The translations under genes were made by a program, and so were the position numbers. A DNA stretch of 63,543 nt, counting the filler, from Globobulimina sp. (lineage: Eukaryota), in NCBI GenBank assembly GCA_003354225.1. It is 20 parts of 20 records of this genome, joined end to end, with 100 filler letters (N's around TTAATTAATTAA, not from the genome) between each part and the next. Parts side by side here need not be neighbours in the genome. Positions count along the whole stretch, not along the records: positions 1 to 3,085 come from PIVH01003769.1; positions 3,186 to 6,270 come from PIVH01003770.1; positions 6,371 to 9,455 come from PIVH01003771.1; 17 more parts are not named here. One strand, given 5' to 3'. How positions within the stretch are numbered: position 1 is the first letter of the stretch; each line of letters starts with the position of its first letter. The notes under the pieces are model-generated. The model was not told the DNA's origin. It worked only from the letters and a program-made list of their open reading frames with translations, and ran no database searches. This document shows, piece after piece, positions 1-9,555 of the stretch.

Positions 1-1
1 G

Positions 2-2839
2 ATAAAAAAGAAACATTTCAAAATTGGAGGAAAAAATGATCACGAACAATTAGACGAGGAGATAAAATTGAACAACAGTGAAGATTTAAAATTCGCTGAG
101 TTTATCATACGACATCCGTCCAAAATCATATGTTCAGTGATAATTCTGTCTGTATTGGCTGGTGTTGCAGATGCACAGGTATTCTCAATTAATGACTCAA
201 GCGGTGGCTTTGGAATGGAATATTTCGACAACTCAGCAAAAGCTACACATCATTTCGATGCATTGAATCTGGCAACGGAAGAGATCAGAAACACAATTAA
301 CTACAAAGCAGAGCCAAAAACCCAACAAGAAAACTCGTTTACTGTGGTGATAATGTTCCATACAAGGGATGGCAGCAACATATTGCAACCTGGACTCACC
401 AAAGATTATCTATCTTATATTGCAGACGTAAATTCAAAATTAACAGATACAGACTACGATGAATACTCCAAGTTATGTTACGCAGATCCATACTCATTTC
501 CTGATTGTTCAGATTTCGCAGTGCTGGACCCGATTAGCAAAGGCATCCTGGCCCATGGTTTTGACGCAAATACCATCAGCCAACAACAACTCGATATTGT
601 GATAAATGCGTCGATTGGAAACGATGGGACTGTATTTTACAGTCATTTCGATCCTTCATTTAAGCACACGGGAAAGAGTGCGTATTACAGAGCCTTTTTT
701 ACATTCGGTTTGCCATATCCAGACCTATCAGACACAAACTCATCTTACAGGAATCAACATGACAGATTGGACGAACAAACAGCTTATTTCGATGATTATG
801 CGTATCCAATATATAAAGATATTAAGTTAAATAATGATCATCCTGCCATTGAAGTGATAGTCGGTGGAGAAAGGTTTTTTGGCTTAAGCTTGGCTGAGGC
901 ACTCAATTCTCCCATGATCTGGATTGTCGCAAGTGTTGTTGCAGTATTTGTGATTATGTCGGTGCACATGAAAAGTCTATTTTTGGGCACTATGGCAATA
1001 ATTCAAATTGTAATTGGATTCCCATTGACTTATTTTCTATTTCGAATTGTGTTTGGAATCAATTATTTCGGTACCATATTAATGATGGCTATCTTTGTAA
1101 TATTGGGAATCGGGGCGGACGATTGTTTCGTGTTTGTAGATGCCTGGTCGCAGTCTTTGCAAATGGTTGCAGACCCAACAGATATCGTAGCCAGAATGTC
1201 CTATACTTACAGCAGGGCATCCCGTACTATCCTCGTTACCTCTGCAACCACTGTCATTTCGTTTTTCTCAACATCTTTGTCGCCATTGTTAGTCATTTCG
1301 GCATTTGGTATTTGGGCAGGATTGGTCATCACTGTCAATTATATATTAATGCTCGCCTTCTTCCCAGCATGTGTGGCCTTGCATGAAAGACACGTCAAAA
1401 AACATGAAAAACTTCCACTGTTTTGTGGTAAAATTACAGACTGTTTTTCGAAATTTTTTAAAAGTGCAAAACAGAAAGAATCATCAACTGAGGTTACAAC
1501 AATTGGTGAAGGTCGTGCCACAGAGATATTTTTACGCGATGTATGGTCCGAATGGATAATTAAATACAACAAAGCGATTTTGGCAGTTTTTGCAATTTTT
1601 GTAGCTGTGAGTATATGGCAAACCACGAAATTAAAACCACTAAATACACAAGAAAGTATTTTTACCAAAAAACATTATTTAGAGAAAATGCGTTGGTGGC
1701 CAGTTGAATTTGAAGGAGGAGCTGCTTTATCCAACATAAGAATCAACGTTGTGTGGGGGTTACAGCCATCTGTGGACAGATCAGATGCGGACCGTTGGGA
1801 TCCTTTGGACCGTGGAACCGTTCGTTATGATCAAGATTTCGATATATCAGCAGTTGAAGCACAACAACATATTTATGATATTTGCCAAGAACTGAAACAT
1901 TCGCCGAAATTATTCAATCCATCCGAAGAACTTAACTGTTTTATGTATGATTTAAGAAGTTATGTTTCTGAATCAAGTGCATTGAATATGCAATTTCCAT
2001 TTAATTTTAGTGCTGACGCAGATATCCAAAGAAGAAGCTTTAATCAATTAATAGCAAATTGGACAGCAGCAGAACCTCTACATTTGACTGATGGTACGGT
2101 TGGATATAATGCCGAGGAAAAGCAATTAAAATATGTTGCAATGCATTTTATATTAACAGTGTCAGCAAGTGACCATATCTCAAAGCAACAAGATGCAAAA
2201 CATTATTTCGAGTTTAAAGTGCGAGAATGGAATGATTTAGCACCAAATGCAAATATTTCTGGTGCATTTACCTCAGCAAAACATTTTGGTTGGATGGAAT
2301 CTGCAGATTCGTATCTTCCGGCTGCCATCCAAGGGCTTGCTGTAGCATTGCCGGCAGCATTTGCCATTTTAATAATATTTACGAGGAATTGGGTCGTTTC
2401 GATGTTTGCAATACTCACTGTGATGTGCATTATGTGCGGCGAATTGATGATTATGCAGTTACAAGGCTGGAAAATGGGAATTGTTGAAAGTCTTTCTGTT
2501 GTTATGATGATTGGGTTTTCAGTGGATTACGTGGTGCATTTTGCTGCAGCTTATGTTGAATGTGAATTGAAGAGAAATGCGAGAATTAAGTATGCTTTGT
2601 ATACAATGGGTATCTCGATTATATCTGGCAGTATTACTACATTTGGTTCTGGATTTTTTTTAATATTTCCTGGCATGACATCTTTCAAAAAGATGGGAAT
2701 TTTAATGATGTCAATTATTGCACTTAGTTTAGTATTTTCACTGACATTTTTTATTGCATTATTAGCTGCATTTGGTCCTTTTGGGAAACAAGGCACTGTT
2801 TATGTACCCAAGAAACTGTGTAAACCATCAAAGAATTAA
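2..2839 (+). CDS. Patched/Dispatched-family (sterol-sensing domain, RND-like) membrane transporter, 5'-truncated
   Basis: Frame is open from the contig edge; two TM bundles separated by large loops; GIGADD and GFSVDYVVH motifs typical of Dispatched/PTCHD proteins. Confidence 0.88.
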   Translation: MKKKHFKIGGKNDHEQLDEEIKLNNSEDLKFAEFIIRHPSKIICSVIILSVLAGVADAQVFSINDSSGGFGMEYFDNSAKATHHFDALNLATEEIRNTINYKAEPKTQQENSFTVVIMFHTRDGSNILQPGLTKDYLSYIADVNSKLTDTDYDEYSKLCYADPYSFPDCSDFAVLDPISKGILAHGFDANTISQQQLDIVINASIGNDGTVFYSHFDPSFKHTGKSAYYRAFFTFGLPYPDLSDTNSSYRNQHDRLDEQTAYFDDYAYPIYKDIKLNNDHPAIEVIVGGERFFGLSLAEALNSPMIWIVASVVAVFVIMSVHMKSLFLGTMAIIQIVIGFPLTYFLFRIVFGINYFGTILMMAIFVILGIGADDCFVFVDAWSQSLQMVADPTDIVARMSYTYSRASRTILVTSATTVISFFSTSLSPLLVISAFGIWAGLVITVNYILMLAFFPACVALHERHVKKHEKLPLFCGKITDCFSKFFKSAKQKESSTEVTTIGEGRATEIFLRDVWSEWIIKYNKAILAVFAIFVAVSIWQTTKLKPLNTQESIFTKKHYLEKMRWWPVEFEGGAALSNIRINVVWGLQPSVDRSDADRWDPLDRGTVRYDQDFDISAVEAQQHIYDICQELKHSPKLFNPSEELNCFMYDLRSYVSESSALNMQFPFNFSADADIQRRSFNQLIANWTAAEPLHLTDGTVGYNAEEKQLKYVAMHFILTVSASDHISKQQDAKHYFEFKVREWNDLAPNANISGAFTSAKHFGWMESADSYLPAAIQGLAVALPAAFAILIIFTRNWVVSMFAILTVMCIMCGELMIMQLQGWKMGIVESLSVVMMIGFSVDYVVHFAAAYVECELKRNARIKYALYTMGISIISGSITTFGSGFFLIFPGMTSFKKMGILMMSIIALSLVFSLTFFIALLAAFGPFGKQGTVYVPKKLCKPSKN

Positions 2840-3085
2840 TTGTGTTTCCAATTACGTTCTCCTTTTATTGAACGTTCTCCTTTTTTTTAGATACATTGAA
2901 TATTAATCTCAAATCAGATTTTTGTTAATTTTTTAAGTCATTCAGCATTTTTGCTTTATCGTAAAAATCTATTTTCTAAAGGAAAAAACTGATTTTTTCT
3001 TTTTTGTAAATTGTTTAACATTAATTCATTTGGGCCATATTTAGAAATATGATGTAAGCAACTTGTTACCGGTAGTTGTTAAGAT

Positions 3086-3185
3086 NNNNNNNNNNNNNNN
3101 NNNNNNNNNNNNNNNNNNNNNNNNNNNNNTTAATTAATTAANNNNNNNNNNNNNNNNNNNNNNNNNNNNNNNNNNNNNNNNNNNN
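3086..3185. other. Artificial contig spacer (first of 19)
   Basis: N44-TTAATTAATTAA-N44, a six-frame stop linker. The others start at 6271, 9456, 12640, 15824, 19008, 22192, 25375, 28557, 31739, 34921, 38103, 41285, 44466, 47647, 50827, 54007, 57187 and 60366; contig lengths fall from 3085 to 3078 bp. Confidence 0.99.
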
Positions 3186-3256
3186 CTGAAAAACCGTACT
3201 TTGTAAATGACGTGAAGTCAATCATTGGCAATTTCTGGTAATTTCTAGGACCAACA

Positions 3257-5026
3257 ATGAATTCTATTGTATATAAATCCATATTCAAACCTCAATTGAA
3301 AACTATTTTCAGTTCAACAACACATATTTATTCTATTCAAAATATTGGCTATCAACATTTTTATCAGAACTTTTGCACTGAGACCAAACCAAAGAGAAAA
3401 CTAGAAAGCAGACCCAGACTAAAATCAAAAGTCCCAGACAACGCCACCACTGCCGAGGCAGCCCCAATTCAAACAGTTTCTAAATTTGCTCAAATGGCTG
3501 AAGAAGCCAGGAAATTCGAGGAAAATTATCGTTGGTTATCGCCGCGAGCTTCCGTCATCACAATCTTGGTATATTTAGCAATTTCGTTTTCATGTTTTGG
3601 TTATATGTGGAAACACCGGTTATATGCATCAAGATTGATGTATATATTTCCGTTTTTGCTCAATATAAACCCAGAAAGAGCACAGTTAATAGCTATTAAA
3701 GTGCACAGATGGCCGCGATTCATCCGTCGGATCCTAGGCATGATTAATAATCCCGGCCGGGATCCCGACACCAAACAGAAAATCTGGGGCTTGACCTTCC
3801 TAAATCCAATAGGTATCGCAGCAGGCTTTGACAAACACGCCGAGTGTGTTGACGGTATATTAGATTTAGGAGTGGGTTTTGTCGAAGTTGGCACTGTGAC
3901 CCCCAACGAACAAAAAGGTAACACCAAGCCCAGAGTGTGGCGGTTGAAAAAAGACTTGGCCGCCATTGACAATTATGGCAATAACTCTGTTGGTTATGAT
4001 TGCGTTCGAGCGAGGTTGCTATTACGCATTGAAAACATGGACACTTCGGTTGGTTTGGTCGGGGTTAACTTGGGTAAAAGTGCTGAAACACCGCAGGAGG
4101 AAGCTGTTAATGACTACATTGTTGGCATTGAAAAGTTTGTGGATATTGCTGACTATTTGGTGTTTAATATAGATTTACCTGAAACGGAACAGGTATGATT
4201 TGCATGTTGTTGTTTTTGAAGTGTTTTTAGTTTGATATATGTATATATAATATATGAGAGAGAGGAGAAGTGATGAAAGATTTATTGAGCACATTAATGA
4301 AAGCAAGGGATGAATATCATGAAAAAGCATGGGAGACATCCATTCATTCGGATGTTACGCAGACCAAACGTTGAGTTTGTATGCATTTTTTACTCGCATT
4401 TAATAAATATTTTTATTTTTGACGATGTAGCTCCAGCGCCACCGCTGTTGATTAAGATTGGATTAAGTTTAAATGACAAAGAGTTGGAAGATGTTGCTTA
4501 TGCTGCAATGGAGAGCAAAATTGATGGAATGATAATATGTAATTCAAGCGCTGCGAGGAAGGATGAATTTGAATTGAAATCAAAGGATAAATTGTTGAAA
4601 AAGGAAGGTGGATTATGCGGGAAACCAATATTTCATCAAAGTAATGAAGTTTTAAAGAAGATGTATGGTTTAACAGATGGCGAGATACCATTGATTGGAA
4701 CAGGTGGAATATGTTCAGCGAGGGAGGCGTATAAGAAAATAAAATGTGGAGCATCGTTGGTTCAGTTATACACTGCGTATACATATAATGGGCCTTTTTT
4801 ACTTCGCAGAATGATCCGTGAAATAGGACAATACGCAGAACTCGATGGATATGATAAAATTGAACAAGCGATAGGATGTGATGTGAGGAAACAGTTAGGA
4901 ATGGATCCATTGTTCCAAAAGTTGACATTTGAAGAAGAAGAATTAATGTCACCGCTTATCCCAATCCCACAAAAATCACTGGCTGCCAGAGCATTTGGAG
5001 TAATTGATTGGAATTTCGACAAGTGA
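3257..5026 (+). CDS. Class 2 (mitochondrial) dihydroorotate dehydrogenase-like flavoprotein with altered active site; 3 exons
   Basis: Transit-like N-terminus and a TM helix; NPIGIAAGFDK, EVGTVTP, GNTKPRVWRL, GGLCGKP and VQLYTA motifs. Introns 4193..~4260 and 4370..4430 (GT-AG) join the ORFs in frame. Confidence 0.88.
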
Positions 5027-5681
5027 ATTGATTTTGGTGTCACCATATCATTGGTAGCGTGTTCGTATTTATCCTCTAAGATTTAGAACCCTACAAAAAC
5101 TTGTTAAAGTAACTGTAAACTATCCCTCTGACATCTTCTTGGCAAATTCTTTTGTCAAATCATTGCTGTGCATTGTCGACCGATAATACTGATGGTCAGT
5201 TACAGTTAGGATATGGAGATGTTAATGGCAACAAAGGATCAGAAACGACCGTTTCTTAACAATCGAGGTAGAGCAAAGGCTAACATATTGCCGAATTATT
5301 CAGTGTTCCTGTTCCAACCAATAATATCGAGGTTGGACAATCGATGATGACCAACTATGGAATTATTAGTCATGTCGTTCATTTTTTGAGTCAAGATATT
5401 GATACTGTGACACCAAAATATTTTGTAACACAATTATATGGATCAGAAACATCATATTTCGTAATGGATTGAGAAGTAGAAAAAAGACGAACCAAGAAAA
5501 TATATCATCAAGTTAAATGTTCTAATAATAATTAATATGGAAATGTTTATCAATTCATTTGTTTTATTAATTTGATTGGTGTGGTTTGCATGTTTTTTTT
5601 TCTGTTATTTTAAACCATGCAAATAACATGTGATTAATTTAACTTTCAAGTGGATGTTCAAAGAAAACTTTCAATAAATCA

Positions 5682-6270
5682 ATGTCAGGAATTACAAAAG
5701 TATCACAATACCGCGCATCACGACGCAGTTATTCTTCTGCTAATAAACGTTATGCACCATACAAAAATAACAAATCAAATGGAGGTAGAAATAACAGATC
5801 AAATGGATGTTTTAAATGTGGCGAAGATGGTCATTCCTCTCGCAAATGTCCACAACATAAAGATTCAAAACCTATTAAACCATTCATCAAATCGTTCAAA
5901 AAGGATTTCCAAAAAGATTTTTATAAAGAATCAGCAAATACGGCATCGCTTTCCTTACAAACCATCGATAAATGGAAAAAACAACATGACATTGAATGTT
6001 TCCATGGCTATCAAGAAAATAACAATCGGAATAAAAATTGCTTAGCCCGCAAAAGCGGAGCAAAAAAAGTTCCAAATCCCATTATGCAGTTTAAAGACTG
6101 TGCAGCATTCCCGCCCATTGTACAGAGATCCATCGCCAAATCTGGCTTTGCGGCACCGACACCCATTCAATCTGCGACATGGCCCATTTTATTGTCTGGA
6201 TACAATGTGATTGGCGTCGCACGAACCGGTTCGGGTAAGACGTTGGCCTTTTTATTACCCGCAGTGGTGC
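5682..6270 (+). CDS. DEAD-box RNA helicase (DBP2/DDX5-like) with N-terminal CCHC zinc knuckle, 3'-truncated
   Basis: [14 protein letters not shown] knuckle, Q motif GFAAPTPIQ, Walker A ARTGSGKT. Confidence 0.9.
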
Positions 6271-6469
6271 NNNNNNNNNNNNNNNNNNNNNNNNNNNNNN
6301 NNNNNNNNNNNNNNTTAATTAATTAANNNNNNNNNNNNNNNNNNNNNNNNNNNNNNNNNNNNNNNNNNNNCGAGATAAATTTATAGATCATTTATTTACA
6401 ATTCTTGTATACGGCGTTTTGACGTAACTGTTTGCGATTATATATATCGTTTTTTTTTTCTATATTATT

Positions 6470-7741
6470 ATGAGCATACAAGCAAATACTACACGTAATG
6501 AAAATAATAGATGTCAAATTGCAGATAATTGCCGACACGAAATACTGATTCCTGTGAAGAGTGCTCCTGTCAAACCACGAAATGCAAGTCACTCAAAGTC
6601 GTCTACATTTTCTCTTTCTCACTCCACTGGCATCAAAGCCAAACGCCAAGCAACAATAAATGTTATCAATATTGACACATTAAAACTGTCACTCGAACAA
6701 TTTAACGAAATACAAGAGAATTATAATGAAGAATTATCCAACAAAATGCCAGAGGCAAATGCTAAACTATATGTTTGCAATAATACGATCTTTCAACATG
6801 TTACAAGTAACAAATACATTGTGATTAAACAAATGGAAAAATGTAAATTAGAAATTGGAGAATTATCGGAATGTCGGACTGATGTAAAAGTGCACGCACA
6901 TTTACTAAATGAGAAACTATCTGTTATTAAATTATTGGGTTGGTTTGAAGATAAAAACATATTTTGTTCGCTCTATGAATATGCACAAAATGGAGATCTA
7001 TTGGAAGAATTAAATAATTTAAGAAACCCATTCGATCCGATATGGTTCAACAAAGCCCGAAATGAACTAAAAAATATAGCACAAACATTAGCTTACATGC
7101 ACAACGAAGGCTGGTCCCACAAAGATTTAACATTAGAAAATATATTGGTAGATAAAAATGTAACTTTTTATTTGCATGATTTTGCATTGGTTGAAGAGTT
7201 TAATGACTGCGTTGCATTAAATTCGCCGAATTCTCCCGACAGAATCCATCCAAAACTACAAGCCAGACATTCTTCGATATGGAGCGGCAAAATCGAACAT
7301 ATGTCGCCAGAAAATTATGATACATTTCTTGGGGATCTTGCTTTATTTGATGCGTTTTCCAATGATATCTGGGGATTGGGGGTTATTATTATGTGCTGCT
7401 TTTCGACACAGACATTTCTATGGAATGCACCAGACAAAAAAACAAAAGCATATCAGAAAACTATCGAAAATATATCGTCAAAACTTAATGATGTTTTTAA
7501 AATTCATCAGCAAACAAACCAAACTATAAAAAATAATCTAATCTCTTTGATTGATTTACTAAAACTAATATTTGTTGAAGAACAACAAAGAATTGATATT
7601 GGTCAAGTACTTCGACATGAATTCTTTCAAAATATATCCAGACAGCAAAACACTACAATTGCAACCAGCACATTAGTGACATTACAGGACACTCACCGGA
7701 AGAAAAAGAAAAACTGTTGTGACAATTGTGTGATATTGTAA
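6470..7741 (+). CDS. Ser/Thr protein kinase-like protein with C-terminal CaaX box
   Basis: VIK lysine, HKDLTLEN loop, DFA in place of DFG, MSPE, DIWGLG; ends KKKKNCCDNCVIL. Confidence 0.85.
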   Translation: MSIQANTTRNENNRCQIADNCRHEILIPVKSAPVKPRNASHSKSSTFSLSHSTGIKAKRQATINVINIDTLKLSLEQFNEIQENYNEELSNKMPEANAKLYVCNNTIFQHVTSNKYIVIKQMEKCKLEIGELSECRTDVKVHAHLLNEKLSVIKLLGWFEDKNIFCSLYEYAQNGDLLEELNNLRNPFDPIWFNKARNELKNIAQTLAYMHNEGWSHKDLTLENILVDKNVTFYLHDFALVEEFNDCVALNSPNSPDRIHPKLQARHSSIWSGKIEHMSPENYDTFLGDLALFDAFSNDIWGLGVIIMCCFSTQTFLWNAPDKKTKAYQKTIENISSKLNDVFKIHQQTNQTIKNNLISLIDLLKLIFVEEQQRIDIGQVLRHEFFQNISRQQNTTIATSTLVTLQDTHRKKKKNCCDNCVIL

Positions 7742-7823
7742 TTGACAATGTATCTCGTCTCGTTTGTAAAGCACCTGTTCACTTTTCGCAATTTCTGAAA
7801 TTGGAAGTATTTAACAAAGTCAT

Positions 7824-9400
7824 TCAAAAGGAGTTGTTGAATTTGCTATAATTTGGTTCTTGCTTTGGAACACCTCGCGGATCCATCAGAATGGGCGTCA
7901 CATCCGATGTCAATACAAACCATGTCGTCAAATTTGTCATTAACTCTATTTTTATATTTCTATACTTCTCATCATTACTATTCCATAAATTTGTTAATTG
8001 CCTGGGATCCTTTTCTAAATCATATAATTCCGAGATACCTAACGGCCTAAACACTAACTTACAATATGCATTCCTTAGCATCGCCCATCGTGGCGAACCA
8101 TTGCCATTATCACTCATCTCTTCCTCTGCACGCGGCCAATACAAGTTTTCCTCATTTGTAATATGGTCAGAACCGCCTGGAAACACCTCATTATTTGCCG
8201 AGAAGCCACCTTCAGAATAAACAAATCTATGCAAATCCCCTTCTTTACCACCAATTACTTGCTCTTTTAACGACCTCGCAAACGAATTAAACTCAATCTC
8301 AACGTTGGCTAAATCCAACATAGTCGCTAAAATATCAAAATTAGCAGTTGACATATTTATACTAACACCGCCGTGCACACCGTTTGGCATTCTCATTAAA
8401 AGTGGGATGCGTAGTAATACATCGTCTGCACCGCCCGGCCACTTTTCAACTAAATGGTAATCACCGCCAAAGTCGCCATGATCTGACGACATTATTAAGC
8501 CGCTCGTCGTATCCGTCAATGTATCATACTCATCCACGGCAGCTACTAACTGCCCAAACATCCAATCGACATAGTTTACCATTCCAATATAAACGGAATT
8601 TATTTTATAAAAGAAATCTTCATCAAATCCAGTCAAATTCCTCCAATATTGAATACCGATATGGTTACTGTGATATTTTGCTTTGTCCGCCACATTTGGT
8701 GCTCGTAAGGGCGCCTTTTCTTTGATTTGCGAGGCATTGAATTTATTGTGGTAATCCAATGGCGCTCCATAGGGCGGATGTGCTCCAGTCCCAGGCAGAA
8801 ATATGAAAAATGGCTGCGGCGGATCCGACATTAAGAACTGTTTTGCAGTCACCACCGTTTGCAGTGCTATTTCCATAAATATTTGAGCCGGTATATAGGA
8901 AAGAAAAATAGCCGGCTTCTGGATAGGTATAGGGGTTACTTCCATGCTTCACACCATTCAGACCTTTCCATTCATTGACGGATAATGGAAATGACGCAAC
9001 GGATAAGGCGTCATTCTTACCCAGCCACAATATATAATATCCACTGTCTTTAAGCCATCGAAAGTAGTTTGCTTCCCAATATTGGATCAAATGTTGCTGC
9101 GTTCGATGGCCCAAAACATGCCTATGTGCAATATATAGTTTTTGTATTAAATCGGCGTTTCGTAGATTTACTTAACATGTAACGACCAGTGATCATGCTA
9201 TTTCTGGAGGGCGCACATTGTGAATGTTGAGCAATATGGTTATTAAATGTCGTAGCATGCTGTGCGAATGCCTTTAAATTTGGTGTTGAATCCAATGGGT
9301 ACTGGTAAAGAGACATTGATTCCATACGTATTGTGTCTGGAAAAAAGAATACATAATTTGGCCGTTTTCCGTTTGTTTTGTCATCGTAGGATGTACCCAT
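7824..9400 (-). CDS. Formylglycine-dependent sulfatase; one intron and one frameshift
   Basis: RPNYVFFFPD and CAPSR motifs; intron 9122..9176 restores TGRYMHVLGHRT; SSDHGD and ELYDLEKDP motifs. Frame switch near 8835-8850. Confidence 0.87.
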
Positions 9401-9409
9401 TACACAGTT

Positions 9410-9455
9410 ACAAGGGGGATCCTACTATAATTCGGTCCTACTATAATTCGGTCCT
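9410..9455. repeat. 16-bp tandem repeat at contig end (possible transposon terminus)
   Basis: TCCTACTATAATTCGG twice, preceded by TA-CAAGGGGGA. Confidence 0.55.
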
Positions 9456-9555
9456 NNNNNNNNNNNNNNNNNNNNNNNNNNNNNNNNNNNNNNNNNNNNT
9501 TAATTAATTAANNNNNNNNNNNNNNNNNNNNNNNNNNNNNNNNNNNNNNNNNNNN

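Noticed and set aside
5200..5472. Coding-looking stretch between the DHODH-like and helicase genes
   Set aside because: Interrupted by stops, with no recognisable motif; at most a decayed fragment.
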